Positions 17,987 through 27,642 of a stretch of DNA of 64,000 nucleotides are shown here, one piece after another; position 1 is the stretch's first letter; each line of letters begins with the position of its first letter. This DNA is from a bacterium (GTDB taxonomy: Bacteria; Bacillota; Clostridia; Oscillospirales; CAG-382). Position numbers and translations under genes: made by a program. The notes under the pieces are model-generated. The model did not search any database. It saw nothing but the letters and a program-made list of their open reading frames with translations, and was not told the DNA's origin. The stretch lies in NCBI GenBank assembly GCA_963661975.1, contig CAVLDN010000004.1, forward strand, positions 5,045 to 69,044, written 5' to 3'.

Positions 17987-19480
17987 ATGAAAAAGTTTAT
18001 TGCGCTTGCTCTGCTCGCCGTAATGATACTTACCAGTCTCGTTGCCTGCAACGGCGACGATGTAAGTGTCGGCGACGACAGCAGCATCACCACATCCACC
18101 GACTCCGATGCGACGGATGCCGACAAGGACTGGAAAGATGCCGACGGCAAATATGTTCCGAAGCACGAAGTCAGAAAAGCCGAATATGTCGGCAAGACAT
18201 TCACCGTCCTCGTTCGCGGCGGGGAAGGCACCTATACTTCGGATGACTTCACGACCGAAAGCGCCATGTACGGCGATTTGATGGATGAAGCCGTCAAGGC
18301 CAGAAACGATAAAGTAGAGGAACTCTACGGCGTCAAGCTCGAAGTCATCAAGGAACAGAACATCAACGAGCTTATCACCCAAGACTGCTCTTCCGGCACC
18401 GGCGCTTACGATCTTATCATGCCGACGCTTCCGTACCTTTCCAACTTTGCAAGACAGGATTACCTTTTAGATCTTTCCACCCTTGATAATTTCTATAAGG
18501 ATGCTCCCTGGTATTCCCAGAACTGCACCGATGCGTTCTCCTTCAACAACAAGATCTATTTCACCACCGGCGATCTTTCGATCCTTCCGAAGGTCTGCAC
18601 GCCTTCCATCCTTTTCAACAAGGAAATGGCAAGCAAGAACGATCTCGGCGATCTTTATGCTCTTGTTGACAGTAAAGAATGGACATTCGACAAAATGATC
18701 GAAATGGCACAGAAGGTTGCCGTTATAGGCGATCCCTCTACGCCCGATGCCGATAACAATATCTACGGCATGGTCAGCGGCTATGCCGACGGCATTACCT
18801 TCTTCGGCTCTTCCGGCGAAAAGATCTGCGATAAGGATGCACAGGATATGCCTATGCTTTCCATCGGACAGACCGAGCGTTCCGTGAACATCGCTCAGAA
18901 GATACTCGAAACCCTTTCAAGCGGTCACGGTCAGTGGCTCGTTTACGCGCAGGAATGCCCCACCCCCATTTGGGAAACCTCTTTTGCTATCTTCTATGAA
19001 GGCCGCGCACTGTTCAGACCGTCTGCGTTTTCCGCTACCACCAAGCTCAGAAGCCGCAGCAAGATCGAATTCGGTATACTTCCGATGCCCTTGATGGATT
19101 CCACCCAGGAAGAGTATCGTTCCTACTGCACCACCGGCGAAACCGTCGGCTTTGCAATACCCAAATGCGCAAAGGATCCCGAATTCTCCGCATATATGCT
19201 CGAAGCTTACTCCGCATGGGCAAAGAATTACATCACTCCCGCGTATTATGAAGTCAACCTCAGATACAAGGATACCCGTGATGACGAAAGCCAGAGAATG
19301 CTCGACATCATATTCGACAATATCGTTTATGATATGGGCGAATGCTATGACTTCGGCGGCATGAAGAACATGTTCATGACTCTTACTCAGAACGGTTCTT
19401 CCGATATCGTTTCCAGCCTTGAAGCAGTCAAATCTCAGGCTCAGGAAGCTATCGACCAGATGAAGCAGGATCTCAGCTGA
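17987..19480 (+). CDS. ABC transporter extracellular solute-binding lipoprotein (large sugar/oligosaccharide type)
   Basis: Lipoprotein signal MKKFIALALLAVMILTSLVAC, a Ser/Asp-rich linker, and a 497-aa family-1-like SBP body. Confidence 0.7.
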   Translation: MKKFIALALLAVMILTSLVACNGDDVSVGDDSSITTSTDSDATDADKDWKDADGKYVPKHEVRKAEYVGKTFTVLVRGGEGTYTSDDFTTESAMYGDLMDEAVKARNDKVEELYGVKLEVIKEQNINELITQDCSSGTGAYDLIMPTLPYLSNFARQDYLLDLSTLDNFYKDAPWYSQNCTDAFSFNNKIYFTTGDLSILPKVCTPSILFNKEMASKNDLGDLYALVDSKEWTFDKMIEMAQKVAVIGDPSTPDADNNIYGMVSGYADGITFFGSSGEKICDKDAQDMPMLSIGQTERSVNIAQKILETLSSGHGQWLVYAQECPTPIWETSFAIFYEGRALFRPSAFSATTKLRSRSKIEFGILPMPLMDSTQEEYRSYCTTGETVGFAIPKCAKDPEFSAYMLEAYSAWAKNYITPAYYEVNLRYKDTRDDESQRMLDIIFDNIVYDMGECYDFGGMKNMFMTLTQNGSSDIVSSLEAVKSQAQEAIDQMKQDLS

Positions 19481-19498
19481 TCACAGTATTAAAAACAG

Positions 19499-19527
19499 GG
19501 AAGAGGCGATATGCCTCTTCCTTTTTT
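19499..19527 (+). terminator. rho-independent terminator of the SBP gene
   Basis: GGAAGAGGC-gatat-GCCTCTTCC followed by TTTTTT. Confidence 0.85.
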
Positions 19528-19534
19528 ATTTTGC

Positions 19535-19570
19535 AAAAAAGAAAAACGGCAGGGCGCCGAGCCCTGCCGT
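19535..19570 (-). terminator. rho-independent terminator of hpt
   Basis: ACGGCAGGGC-gccga-GCCCTGCCGT. A T-rich run follows on the minus strand. Confidence 0.85.
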
Positions 19571-19581
19571 TAGTTATGCAA

Positions 19582-20130
19582 TTATTTATCGTAAACACTG
19601 CGTTTGAGAACGCCGACATAGGGAAGGTTTCTGTATTTTTCGGCATAGTCGAGGCCGTATCCGACAACGAATTCATCCGGTATGGTAAATCCGCAATAAT
19701 CAAGATCAACATGGGATTGCCTGCGGGAGGGCTTATCAAGCAGTGCGGCGATACGGAGTGAAGCGGGCTTGCGCTGAAGGAGCATATTTTTCACCTTCGC
19801 GAGGGTGTTGCCGCTGTCGAGTATATCCTCTGCGATCAATACGTGAAGCCCGTCGAGCGGGCAATTGAGGTCAAGACGAATATTGAGGCTGTTTGTGGAT
19901 GCCGTTCCGGAGCCGTATGATGAGACGACCATAAAATCGACGGAAACGTCGCCATCGATAGCGCGTATAAGATCGGACATAAAAACAAAAGAGCCTTTCA
20001 GTATGCCGATGACAAGGAGCTTTTTGCCCTTGTAGTCCTCGGTAATGAGCCTGCCCATCTCCTTGACTTTTTCGGCAAGCGCGCCTTCCGAGATGAGTAT
20101 GTGGTCGATATCTTTGTTAATTTCGTTCAT
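19582..20130 (-). CDS. hpt: hypoxanthine phosphoribosyltransferase
   Basis: PRPP-binding motif HVLIAEDILDSGNTL. Overall Hpt-like sequence of 182 aa. Confidence 0.9.
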   Translation of the reverse strand: MNEINKDIDHILISEGALAEKVKEMGRLITEDYKGKKLLVIGILKGSFVFMSDLIRAIDGDVSVDFMVVSSYGSGTASTNSLNIRLDLNCPLDGLHVLIAEDILDSGNTLAKVKNMLLQRKPASLRIAALLDKPSRRQSHVDLDYCGFTIPDEFVVGYGLDYAEKYRNLPYVGVLKRSVYDK

Positions 20131-20162
20131 TTCAGTGCTCCGTTTTTGTATGTAGTGGTTCT

Positions 20163-20191
20163 ATAATATCATATGCACGTTTGATTGACAA
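20163..20191 (-). promoter_or_regulatory. sigA-type promoter of hpt
   Basis: Minus strand reads TTGTCA-17 nt-TATTAT with TGn extended -10. Confidence 0.6.
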
Positions 20192-20330
20192 GTATTTTCA
20201 AAAAAAATGTGCTTTGACGTTAAATAAGTGTTGATTTTCCGCGATGAATGGTGTATCATAACAGTAAAATTAAAATGGGAAAGAATGGGGAATATTAACC
20301 CCGCCTTTCCGGAAGGGAAGTGTTTACACT

Positions 20331-20819
20331 TTGTCATCCGTATTCAGAAAGATGCTGTGTATTCTTGCTTTTGCCCTTTTGATCGTTTCGGTTACGGCAG
20401 TTTTTGCCGGTGCGGAAGCCGCTCCCGGCGATACCGCGAACGAAGCCTCCGAAGTGTCCGAAAGCAATGAAAAGAGCAGCATTGCAAAACAGTACTCGAG
20501 AAGAACCGACGAAAATCTGCCCGAAGAAGGCACAATGGCGGAGAGACTCGAACAGGGGATTCAGATCACGGTACTCGGTATGTGTATTGTCTTTGCCGTG
20601 CTCATCATACTCATGATCGTGCTTGATATCTCCAAGCTTGTCTTCACCGGCAACGGCAAAAAGAAGGAGTCAGCCGCACCCGCTGCGGTCGCCGCCGTCA
20701 ACAATGCCGCCGCAAATGAGGAAGAGCTTACCGCCGCGGTCGTCAGCGCTGCCATAGCAGCCGACAGAGGCGACAGCGAAGCGAACCTTAACATTATTTC
20801 CATCAATAAAATCGACTGA
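20331..20819 (+). CDS. oadG: OadG-family decarboxylase gamma subunit with N-terminal extension (start uncertain: TTG 20331, ATG 20352 or ATG 20535)
   Basis: OadG core ERLEQGIQITVLGMCIVFAVLIILMIVL. An Ala-rich tail follows. Preceded in frame by a signal/TM-like segment and an acidic stretch. Confidence 0.65.
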   Translation: MSSVFRKMLCILAFALLIVSVTAVFAGAEAAPGDTANEASEVSESNEKSSIAKQYSRRTDENLPEEGTMAERLEQGIQITVLGMCIVFAVLIILMIVLDISKLVFTGNGKKKESAAPAAVAAVNNAAANEEELTAAVVSAAIAADRGDSEANLNIISINKID

Positions 20820-20836
20820 AAAGAGGAGAATTGAAA

Positions 20837-21217
20837 ATGGCTAAAAAGTACATAGTGACCGTAAACGGTTCCAAATACGAAGTTGTAGTTGAGGATGCAG
20901 GCAATGTTGCGGTAAATACCGTTTCTCCCGCTCCCGAAAAGAAGGAAGAAAAGGCTCCCGAAGCGCCCAAGGCCGCTCCCGCAGCTGCACCTGCACCTGC
21001 AGGCGGAAGCAATGTTAACGCTCCGCTTCCCGGCACTGTTCTCAAAGTGGCCGCAAAGCAGGGCCAGTCCGTCAAGAAGGGCGATCTCCTTTGCGTTATC
21101 GAAGCAATGAAGATGGAAAACGAAATACTTGCTCCCAATGATGCAACTGTTGTTTCGGTTTCCGCAAATGAGGGCGCGACCGTAAATTCCGGCGATGTGC
21201 TCTTCGTACTCGGCTGA
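20837..21217 (+). CDS. biotin carboxyl carrier subunit of the decarboxylase
   Basis: Trimmed to ATG 20837 (AGAGGAGA RBS). Ala/Pro-rich linker and biotinylation motif CVIEAMKMENEI. Confidence 0.85.
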   Translation: MAKKYIVTVNGSKYEVVVEDAGNVAVNTVSPAPEKKEEKAPEAPKAAPAAAPAPAGGSNVNAPLPGTVLKVAAKQGQSVKKGDLLCVIEAMKMENEILAPNDATVVSVSANEGATVNSGDVLFVLG

Positions 21218-21247
21218 TAATCACGCCCAAGAACAGGAGACAAACAG

Positions 21248-22438
21248 ATGATACTTGATTCTATTAAAGGAATATTCGATTCATCTGCTTTCAGCAATTC
21301 GGAGCTTGTGCCCAGCCTTATAATGATCGCCATTTCCTTTGTTCTTATGGTTCTTGCGATCAAGTTTAAGTTTGAACCGCTTCTTCTTTTGCCGATTGCA
21401 TTCGGTATGTTCCTTACAAACCTTCCCAACGCGGGGATATTCCACATGAATTACTTCATCCAGGAATCCTCTGCGAACATCAATTGGGGCGAGCTTGCCG
21501 CTCACGGCGGTCTGCTTGACTACCTCTACCTCGGCGTTAAGCTCGGTATTTATCCCTGCTTGATATTCATGGGTGTCGGCGCCATGACCGACTTCAAACC
21601 CCTTATTTCCAACCCGAAGAGCCTTCTGCTCGGCGCTGCCGCGCAGTTCGGTGTTTTCGCGGCATTTCTCGGTGCACTTCTGCTCGGCTTTTCTTCCAAG
21701 GAAGCCTGCGCAATAGGTATTATCGGCGGTGCCGACGGCCCGACCGCAATCCTTGTTGCAAAAACGCTTGCGCCGCAGCTTCTCGGTGCGATAGCGATTG
21801 CCGCATATTCGTATATGGCGCTCGTTCCGCTGATCCAGCCTCCGATAATGAAGGCTCTCACTACCAAGAAGGAACGTTCGATCCAGATGCAGCAGCTTCG
21901 CTCCGTATCCAAGATCGAAGAGGTCGTATTCCCGATCCTCTGCACCCTTATTGTTTGCCTTATCCTTCCGGATGCAACTCCGCTTATCGGCAGCCTTATG
22001 CTCGGTAACCTCGCGAGAGTCTCCGGCGTTGTGGACAGAATTTCCAAGACGATGCAGAACGAGCTTTGCAATATCGTAACGATATTCCTCGGCATCTCCG
22101 TCGGCGCAACCGCTACCGCGGATTCCTTCTTCGGCAATTCCAACTTCCTCACCAGCCCGTTCGGCGTGCTCGTCCTCGGACTTTGCGCTTTCGCATTTGC
22201 GACAGCGGGCGGCGTTCTCTTCGGCAAGCTTATGTGCTTTGTCACAAGGGGAAAGATCAATCCGCTTATCGGTTCCGCAGGCGTTTCCGCTGTTCCTATG
22301 GCTGCGCGTGTTTCGCAGGTTGTCGGTCAAAAAGAAAACCCGGGTAACTTCCTTCTCATGCACGCTATGGGCCCCAATGTCGCAGGCGTTATAGGCTCTG
22401 CCGTTGCAGCGGGCGTGTTCTTGACATTGTTCAAATAA
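21248..22438 (+). CDS. oadB: Na+-translocating decarboxylase beta subunit (OadB/GcdB/MmdB family)
   Basis: 396-aa polytopic membrane protein. Family-typical segments: GADGPTAI and [15 protein letters not shown]. Confidence 0.85.
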   Translation: MILDSIKGIFDSSAFSNSELVPSLIMIAISFVLMVLAIKFKFEPLLLLPIAFGMFLTNLPNAGIFHMNYFIQESSANINWGELAAHGGLLDYLYLGVKLGIYPCLIFMGVGAMTDFKPLISNPKSLLLGAAAQFGVFAAFLGALLLGFSSKEACAIGIIGGADGPTAILVAKTLAPQLLGAIAIAAYSYMALVPLIQPPIMKALTTKKERSIQMQQLRSVSKIEEVVFPILCTLIVCLILPDATPLIGSLMLGNLARVSGVVDRISKTMQNELCNIVTIFLGISVGATATADSFFGNSNFLTSPFGVLVLGLCAFAFATAGGVLFGKLMCFVTRGKINPLIGSAGVSAVPMAARVSQVVGQKENPGNFLLMHAMGPNVAGVIGSAVAAGVFLTLFK

Positions 22439-22452
22439 ACGGGAGGTAAAAG

Positions 22453-23865
22453 ATGAAACCGCTTAAAATTACAGAAACGGTGCTCCGCGACTCTCATCAG
22501 TCGCTCATAGCAACCCGTATGACTACCGACGAAATGCTTCCTATATTGAAGGAACTTGACGAAGTCGGTTATTACTCCCTTGAAGCATGGGGCGGCGCAA
22601 CCTTCGATTCCTGCCTCCGCTTCCTTAACGAAGATCCGTGGCACAGACTTCGCGTTATCCGCGAAAATGTCAAAAACACGAAGCTTCAGATGCTTTTCAG
22701 AGGTCAGAATATACTCGGCTATCGCCACTACGCCGATGATGTTGTCGAATATTTTGTACAGAAATGCGTAGCTAACGGTATCGATATCATTCGTATTTTC
22801 GATGCGCTCAACGATCCGCGCAACCTTCAGACCGCTATAAAGGCGACCAAGAAGGAAGGCGGTCATGTCCAGGCTGCTATTTCCTACACTACCGGCCCTG
22901 TTTTCTCCAACGAGTATTTTGCTAATTACGCAAAAGAGCTTGAAGAAATGGGCGCCGACAGTATATGCATTAAGGATATGGCAGGTCTGCTCAAGCCTTA
23001 CGATGCTTTTGACCTCGTCACTGCTATCAAGTCTGTCTGCAAGCTTCCCGTACAGCTTCACACTCACTATACCAGCGGTCTTGCTTCCATGACGGTTCTT
23101 AAGGCTGTCGAAGCAGGTGTTGATATCGTTGATACCGCAATTTCTCCGATGGCTATGGGTACATCTCAGCCCGCTACCGAACCGATCGTCGCAACCCTTC
23201 AGGGCACTCCGTACGATACCGGTCTCGATCTCGGAAAGCTCGATGTTATCGCCAAATACTTCAACACGCTCCGTGAGAAGTACATTGCTTCCGGTCAGCT
23301 TGATCCGAAGGTCCTTAAAGTTAATGTCAATTCGCTTCTTTACCAGGTTCCCGGCGGCATGCTTTCGAACCTTATGTCCCAGCTCAAGCAGGCAAACCAG
23401 AGCGATAAGCTCCAGGCTGTTCTCGAAGAGGTTCCTCGGGTGAGAGAAGATGCCGGCTATCCTCCGCTTGTCACACCGACATCGCAGATCGTCGGTACTC
23501 AGGCTGTTTACAATGTCCTTATGGGCGAACGTTATAAGATGGTCACCAAGGAATTCAAGGGTGTTGTAAGAGGCGATTACGGCAAGACTCCCGTTCCGAT
23601 TAAGCCCGAATTCGTCAAGAAGATAATCGGCGATGAAAAGCAGATCACCTGCCGTCCCGCAGATTTTCTCAAGCCCGAACTTGAAACGCTCCGCGCTCAG
23701 CTCGGCGACAAGGCACATCAGGACGAGGATGTTCTTTCCTACGCGCTCTTTGATAAGGTTGCACTCAAATTCTTCGAAAACCGTGACAAAGCAGAAACGG
23801 TCACCGAAGCTCTTGCAGATGCTTCTCAGATCAAATATCGCGTGAATATCCACGAAGTAAAATAA
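22453..23865 (+). CDS. oadA: oxaloacetate decarboxylase alpha subunit (carboxyltransferase, no fused biotin domain)
   Basis: N-terminus KITETVLRDSHQSL, HMGL-like TIM barrel (QLHTHYTSG), and the PYC/OADA C-terminal domain. The ORF ends before any biotinyl domain. Confidence 0.85.
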   Translation: MKPLKITETVLRDSHQSLIATRMTTDEMLPILKELDEVGYYSLEAWGGATFDSCLRFLNEDPWHRLRVIRENVKNTKLQMLFRGQNILGYRHYADDVVEYFVQKCVANGIDIIRIFDALNDPRNLQTAIKATKKEGGHVQAAISYTTGPVFSNEYFANYAKELEEMGADSICIKDMAGLLKPYDAFDLVTAIKSVCKLPVQLHTHYTSGLASMTVLKAVEAGVDIVDTAISPMAMGTSQPATEPIVATLQGTPYDTGLDLGKLDVIAKYFNTLREKYIASGQLDPKVLKVNVNSLLYQVPGGMLSNLMSQLKQANQSDKLQAVLEEVPRVREDAGYPPLVTPTSQIVGTQAVYNVLMGERYKMVTKEFKGVVRGDYGKTPVPIKPEFVKKIIGDEKQITCRPADFLKPELETLRAQLGDKAHQDEDVLSYALFDKVALKFFENRDKAETVTEALADASQIKYRVNIHEVK

Positions 23866-23879
23866 CACTTCAAAAAGAG

Positions 23880-23917
23880 AACCGGCAGAGGCTTCAAAGG
23901 CTTCTGCCGGTTGTTTT
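23880..23917. terminator. bidirectional terminator between oadA and kdgK
   Basis: AACCGGCAGAGGCTT-caa-AGGCTTCTGCCGGTT with an A-run upstream and a GTTTTATT tail. Confidence 0.75.
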
Positions 23918-23929
23918 ATTATCGGGGTT

Positions 23930-24955
23930 TTATCTTTGTACTCTGCCGGAGCCGGAGCCCTTTGCAAGCGCGCGGACTTCGTCGACGGAGACCATATTGA
24001 AATCGCCCTCAACGGAATGCTTCAGACAGGATGCGGCAACAGCAAATTCGATTGCTTCCTCCGGTGATGCTCCGTTCGAAAGGGAATATATAAGTCCCGC
24101 TCCGAAGCTGTCGCCGCCGCCGACACGGTCCACAATGTGCATTGAATACTTGCGGGAGAAGTACGCCTCGCCGCCGCTGTAAAGCATGGCGCTCCAATTA
24201 TTGTCATTGGCGCTTATGCTTTCACGCAATGTGATGGCAACACCTTTGAAGCCGAATCGGTCGGTAAGCTTCTTTGCAACTTCTATATAGCCGTTGCGGT
24301 CGAGCATGCCGCTGTCGATATCCGTGTTTTGCGCGGAAATACCGAAAACATCCTTTGCATCTTCTTCGTTGGCAATGCAGTAATCCACGTATTTGCAGAC
24401 TTCGGACATAACCTTACCGGCTTCTTCGCGCGTCCAGAGCTTTTTGCGGTAGTTAAGATCGGTTGAAACGGTCAGCCCTGCTTCCTTTGCCGCTTTGCAG
24501 GCAGCAATGGTTATCTCGGCAACATTTTGCCCGAGAGCGGGGGTGATACCGGTCACATGAAACCATTTTGCGCCGTTGAATATAGATGCCCAATCGTAAT
24601 CGGAAGGGCCGGAAAGCGCAAAGGCAGAGCCTGCGCGGTCGTAAATGACCTTGCTCGGTCGTTGTGAAGCACCTTTTTCACAATAATAAATGCCCACTCT
24701 GCTTCCGCCGCGAACGATTTCCGAAGTATCGACACCGAATTTCCGCAGCGAATTTACTGCCATTTGGCCGATCTCGTGGGCAGGAAGCTTTGTTACAAAT
24801 ACGGCGTGTTCGCCGAAATTAGCAAGGCTTACGGCAACATTGCCTTCCGCGCCGCCGAATGTTGCTTCAAGTTCATCGGACTGAACAAATCTGAGGTACC
24901 CGTTTGGGGCAAGGCGAAGCATGAGCTCGCCGAAGGTGACGATTTTATTTCCCAT
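23930..24955 (-). CDS. kdgK: 2-dehydro-3-deoxygluconokinase (PfkB family)
   Basis: Trimmed to ATG 24955 (MGNKIVTFGELMLRL). PfkB motifs GGAEGNVA and DRVGGGDSF. Confidence 0.8.
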   Translation of the reverse strand: MGNKIVTFGELMLRLAPNGYLRFVQSDELEATFGGAEGNVAVSLANFGEHAVFVTKLPAHEIGQMAVNSLRKFGVDTSEIVRGGSRVGIYYCEKGASQRPSKVIYDRAGSAFALSGPSDYDWASIFNGAKWFHVTGITPALGQNVAEITIAACKAAKEAGLTVSTDLNYRKKLWTREEAGKVMSEVCKYVDYCIANEEDAKDVFGISAQNTDIDSGMLDRNGYIEVAKKLTDRFGFKGVAITLRESISANDNNWSAMLYSGGEAYFSRKYSMHIVDRVGGGDSFGAGLIYSLSNGASPEEAIEFAVAASCLKHSVEGDFNMVSVDEVRALAKGSGSGRVQR

Positions 24956-25532
24956 TGATTTTTTCCACAAGAGCCCTTGTGTTGGACTCAATATCTCCCT
25001 TCATTATGAATGAACCGCCGATCGCACGGACACGGTCAAACGCAAGAAATTCGTCGATATTGCTCATATCGACACCACCGGTAGGAATAAACCCGATTTG
25101 CGGAAAAGGCGCAGAGAGAGCCTTTAACGCCTTGATACCGCCGTATATACCGGCGGGGAAGAACTTCACTGTGGTTATTCCGAGTTCAAGCGCCTGCATG
25201 ATCTCTGTTGGGGTGACGCAGCCCGGGAAGTAGGGAACATCGGCTTCCGCACAAACTTCGGCGACCGCCGCGGAAAGACCGGGCGAAACAATAAATTCCG
25301 CTCCGCTTTCGAGTGCCCTGCGGCACTGTTCTGCATTTATGACCGTTCCTGCGCCGATGCACATATCCGGGAAAAGCTCCTTGCCGAGCTTAATCGCACT
25401 TGCGGCACATTCCGTGCGGAAGGTGATCTCTGCGCAGGGAAGCCCGCCGGCGCAAAGTGCACCGAGCGTTTTTTCGGTTTCGACGATATCTTTTATAACG
25501 ACGACCGGTATGAATTTGAAATCGCTTACCAT
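24945..25532 (-). CDS. eda: KDPG / 4-hydroxy-2-oxoglutarate aldolase
   Basis: Eda-like sequence (AEITFRT, GAGTV, KFFPA, the last carrying the Schiff-base Lys context). Overlaps the kdgK start by 11 nt. Confidence 0.85.
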   Translation of the reverse strand: MVSDFKFIPVVVIKDIVETEKTLGALCAGGLPCAEITFRTECAASAIKLGKELFPDMCIGAGTVINAEQCRRALESGAEFIVSPGLSAAVAEVCAEADVPYFPGCVTPTEIMQALELGITTVKFFPAGIYGGIKALKALSAPFPQIGFIPTGGVDMSNIDEFLAFDRVRAIGGSFIMKGDIESNTRALVEKINGK

Positions 25533-25648
25533 ATATAATTCTCTCCGTGTTTATACACTTAATTACTAAATATATATTATCACAACTTTTGTAATTGTAA
25601 ATAGCAAAAATTCAATTTCGCCCATTAAACGTAGATTTTTCGCTGTTA

Positions 25649-25677
25649 TTGACAAGCAATCCGAGCAGAGTTATAAT
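25649..25677 (+). promoter_or_regulatory. consensus sigA promoter
   Basis: Perfect TTGACA-17 nt-TATAAT, located 30 nt upstream of ATG 25707. Confidence 0.75.
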
Positions 25678-25706
25678 ATGCTAAACTGTTAAATGAGGTG
25701 GTATCT

Positions 25707-26384
25707 ATGAAACGCTCCGAGATCAACACGATCATACGCGAAAATATCGACTTTATCAAAAAAATGAATTTTAACCTCCCTCGTTTTGCCTATTTCACTC
25801 CCGATGATTGGCGCCGAAAGGGGCATGAATACGATGAAATCCGCAGGAATATGCTCGGCTGGGATGTGACAGACTACGGCCACGGTGATTTCCGCAATAT
25901 CGGGCTGTTCCTGTTCACAATCAGAAACGGCAATCTTGCCGATAAACATGGGAAACCCTATGCGGAGAAGCTTTTGATATCCGATGAGGATCAGTATTCT
26001 CCGATGCATTTTCATCACAACAAGATGGAAGATATTATAAACCGCGGCGGCGGCAATCTAATTGTCGAGGTCTATAATGCCACCGACGACGATATGCTTG
26101 CCGATACCGATGTGACGGTTTATCTTGACGGGCATACCGAAACTGTTTCGGCGGGCACGAAGATAAGACTTCTTCCGGGCGAAAGCATAACGCTTCCTCA
26201 GCGCCAATATCACGCGTTCTGGGCGGAAAAGGGGTACGGTAAGGTGCTTATCGGTGAGGTTTCCATGGTAAACGATGACAACACCGACAATCGTTTTTAC
26301 GAAACACAAGGAAGATTCCCCGCAATAGAGGAGGACGAAGCACCGCTCTATCTGCTTTGCAACGAATATCCCGAAGCTCTTTGA
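25707..26384 (+). CDS. D-lyxose/D-mannose-isomerase-family cupin sugar isomerase
   Basis: Trimmed to ATG 25707 (GAGGTGG RBS). MKRSEIN...LPRFAYFTPDDW...PMHFHHNKMEDIINRGGGNLIVE...GEVSMVNDDNTDN closely follows the D-lyxose isomerase family pattern. Confidence 0.8.
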   Translation: MKRSEINTIIRENIDFIKKMNFNLPRFAYFTPDDWRRKGHEYDEIRRNMLGWDVTDYGHGDFRNIGLFLFTIRNGNLADKHGKPYAEKLLISDEDQYSPMHFHHNKMEDIINRGGGNLIVEVYNATDDDMLADTDVTVYLDGHTETVSAGTKIRLLPGESITLPQRQYHAFWAEKGYGKVLIGEVSMVNDDNTDNRFYETQGRFPAIEEDEAPLYLLCNEYPEAL

Positions 26385-26403
26385 CAGTCATATAAAACAA
26401 GGC

Positions 26404-26434
26404 GGAGCCGTTTTAATAAACGGCTCCGTTTTTA
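26404..26434. terminator. rho-independent terminator (between convergent genes)
   Basis: GGAGCCGTTT-taat-AAACGGCTCC followed by GTTTTTA. Confidence 0.8.
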
Positions 26435-26438
26435 TGTA

Positions 26439-27479
26439 TTAAAGATCAAGCTTGAGGTCGCCGAGTTTTATCCAACCGAGCTTGCGCATAAGTTCGCTTA
26501 TTCCGAGCGTGATAAGTGCGGGAAGCACGAAGCAGAGAAGCACAAGACCGACCCAGAACATTGCGTCATGCTCCGGCATTGACGTAAGAACACCGAGCGG
26601 CCCGACAAGACCGCATGTTCCCATTCCGGCAGAGACACCGTTGTTTTCCATCGCAAAGACCATTGTGGAAACGGGACCGAGCAGAGCAGAGGATATGATT
26701 GTCGGAAGCCATATTATCGGCTTGCGTATGATATTGCCCATTTGGAGCATGGATGTACCCAAACCTTGTGCAACAAGCCCGCCCCAGCGATTTTCGCGGA
26801 AGCTCATCACGGCAAAGCCGACCATCTGGCAACAGCAGCCGACCGTAGCGGCGCCGCCGGCTATTCCTGAAATGCCGATCATGGCGCAAACGGCGGCGGA
26901 GCTTATCGGGAGTGTAAGTACGATGCCGACAACAACGGAAATTATTATTCCCATATAGAAGGGATGCAGTACAGTTGCGCTGTTGATAAATTCGCCGAGA
27001 TAATACATGGCATACGCTATCGGGGGGCAGAGCAGCTTTGCTATGCCGAAGCCGGTAAGAATCGTAACAATCGGCGTGACAAGTATATCGACCTTTGTTT
27101 CCTTGCTTACGAGCTTGCCGAACTCGCAGGCGATAAGCACGGCGACAAATGCGCCCGCCGGGCCTGCGGTGTATTCTTCGGTTCCGAGCATATATCCCAT
27201 TGCGCCGACGACCGTTGCGGAAAGCAATACAAGCCCGTCAGCCTTCAATGCAGCCGCGACTGCAACGCCGATTGCCGCGCCTACGACATATCCGTTCTGC
27301 GCATATAAGGCTATTGTTCCGAGGAAGGAAGCGCCTGTCCATTTTCCGAGCGTCGAAAGGATCGTACCGATCAGCAGGGAAGCGAACAGGCCTTGTGCCA
27401 TCGCGCCCATCGCGGTGACAAAGTAATTCTTCCATGAAATGTTGATATTCTTCTTTTTAAGGAACGCTTTGAAGCTCAT
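26439..27479 (-). CDS. PTS EIIC-like polytopic membrane protein (EIIC_2-type; function unproven)
   Basis: 346 aa, about 10 TM segments, Gly/Ala-rich. N-terminus ...YFVTAMGAMAQGLFASLLIGTIL resembles the small EIIC-like family. Confidence 0.5.
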   Translation of the reverse strand: MSFKAFLKKKNINISWKNYFVTAMGAMAQGLFASLLIGTILSTLGKWTGASFLGTIALYAQNGYVVGAAIGVAVAAALKADGLVLLSATVVGAMGYMLGTEEYTAGPAGAFVAVLIACEFGKLVSKETKVDILVTPIVTILTGFGIAKLLCPPIAYAMYYLGEFINSATVLHPFYMGIIISVVVGIVLTLPISSAAVCAMIGISGIAGGAATVGCCCQMVGFAVMSFRENRWGGLVAQGLGTSMLQMGNIIRKPIIWLPTIISSALLGPVSTMVFAMENNGVSAGMGTCGLVGPLGVLTSMPEHDAMFWVGLVLLCFVLPALITLGISELMRKLGWIKLGDLKLDL

Positions 27480-27642
27480 GTCATCACCCTCCGTATAACC
27501 GCTATTTTACATATATCGGAGCGAAATGTCAATATAAAAAGCTCTGCTCATCTGCATTCTCATCTTTTTCGAAGCGTTTTTTGAGCCTGCTGACCTGTGT
27601 CTGAGAATAAATAAGGAGTTTTCCCATCCCGGAGGCATTTAT

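Noticed and set aside
22327-24012. Very long antisense ORFs opposite real genes. Examples: 561 aa opposite oadA; 414 aa at 13354-14598 opposite murE; 360 aa at 21281-22363 opposite oadB; 318 aa at 9345-10301 opposite the MsmK-like ATPase gene; 335 aa at 16633-17640 opposite leuA; 384 aa at 36773-37927; 290 aa at 57315-58187 opposite lon; 290 aa at 59358-60230 opposite hprK; 230 aa at 63281-63973 opposite recR; 236 aa at 28948-29658; 235 aa at 31054-31761; 229 aa at 53656-54345.
   Set aside because: For the three I checked (oadA, murE, MsmK-like ATPase gene), the antisense ORF lies in the frame codon-aligned with the sense gene (same coordinate modulo 3). That frame closes only at sense codons TTA, CTA or TCA, which this genome rarely uses. 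The translations are low-complexity, Arg/Gly/Ala/Phe-rich, and lack RBSs and recognisable motifs. The sense genes all carry clear family signatures. These are a codon-bias artefact, not nested genes.
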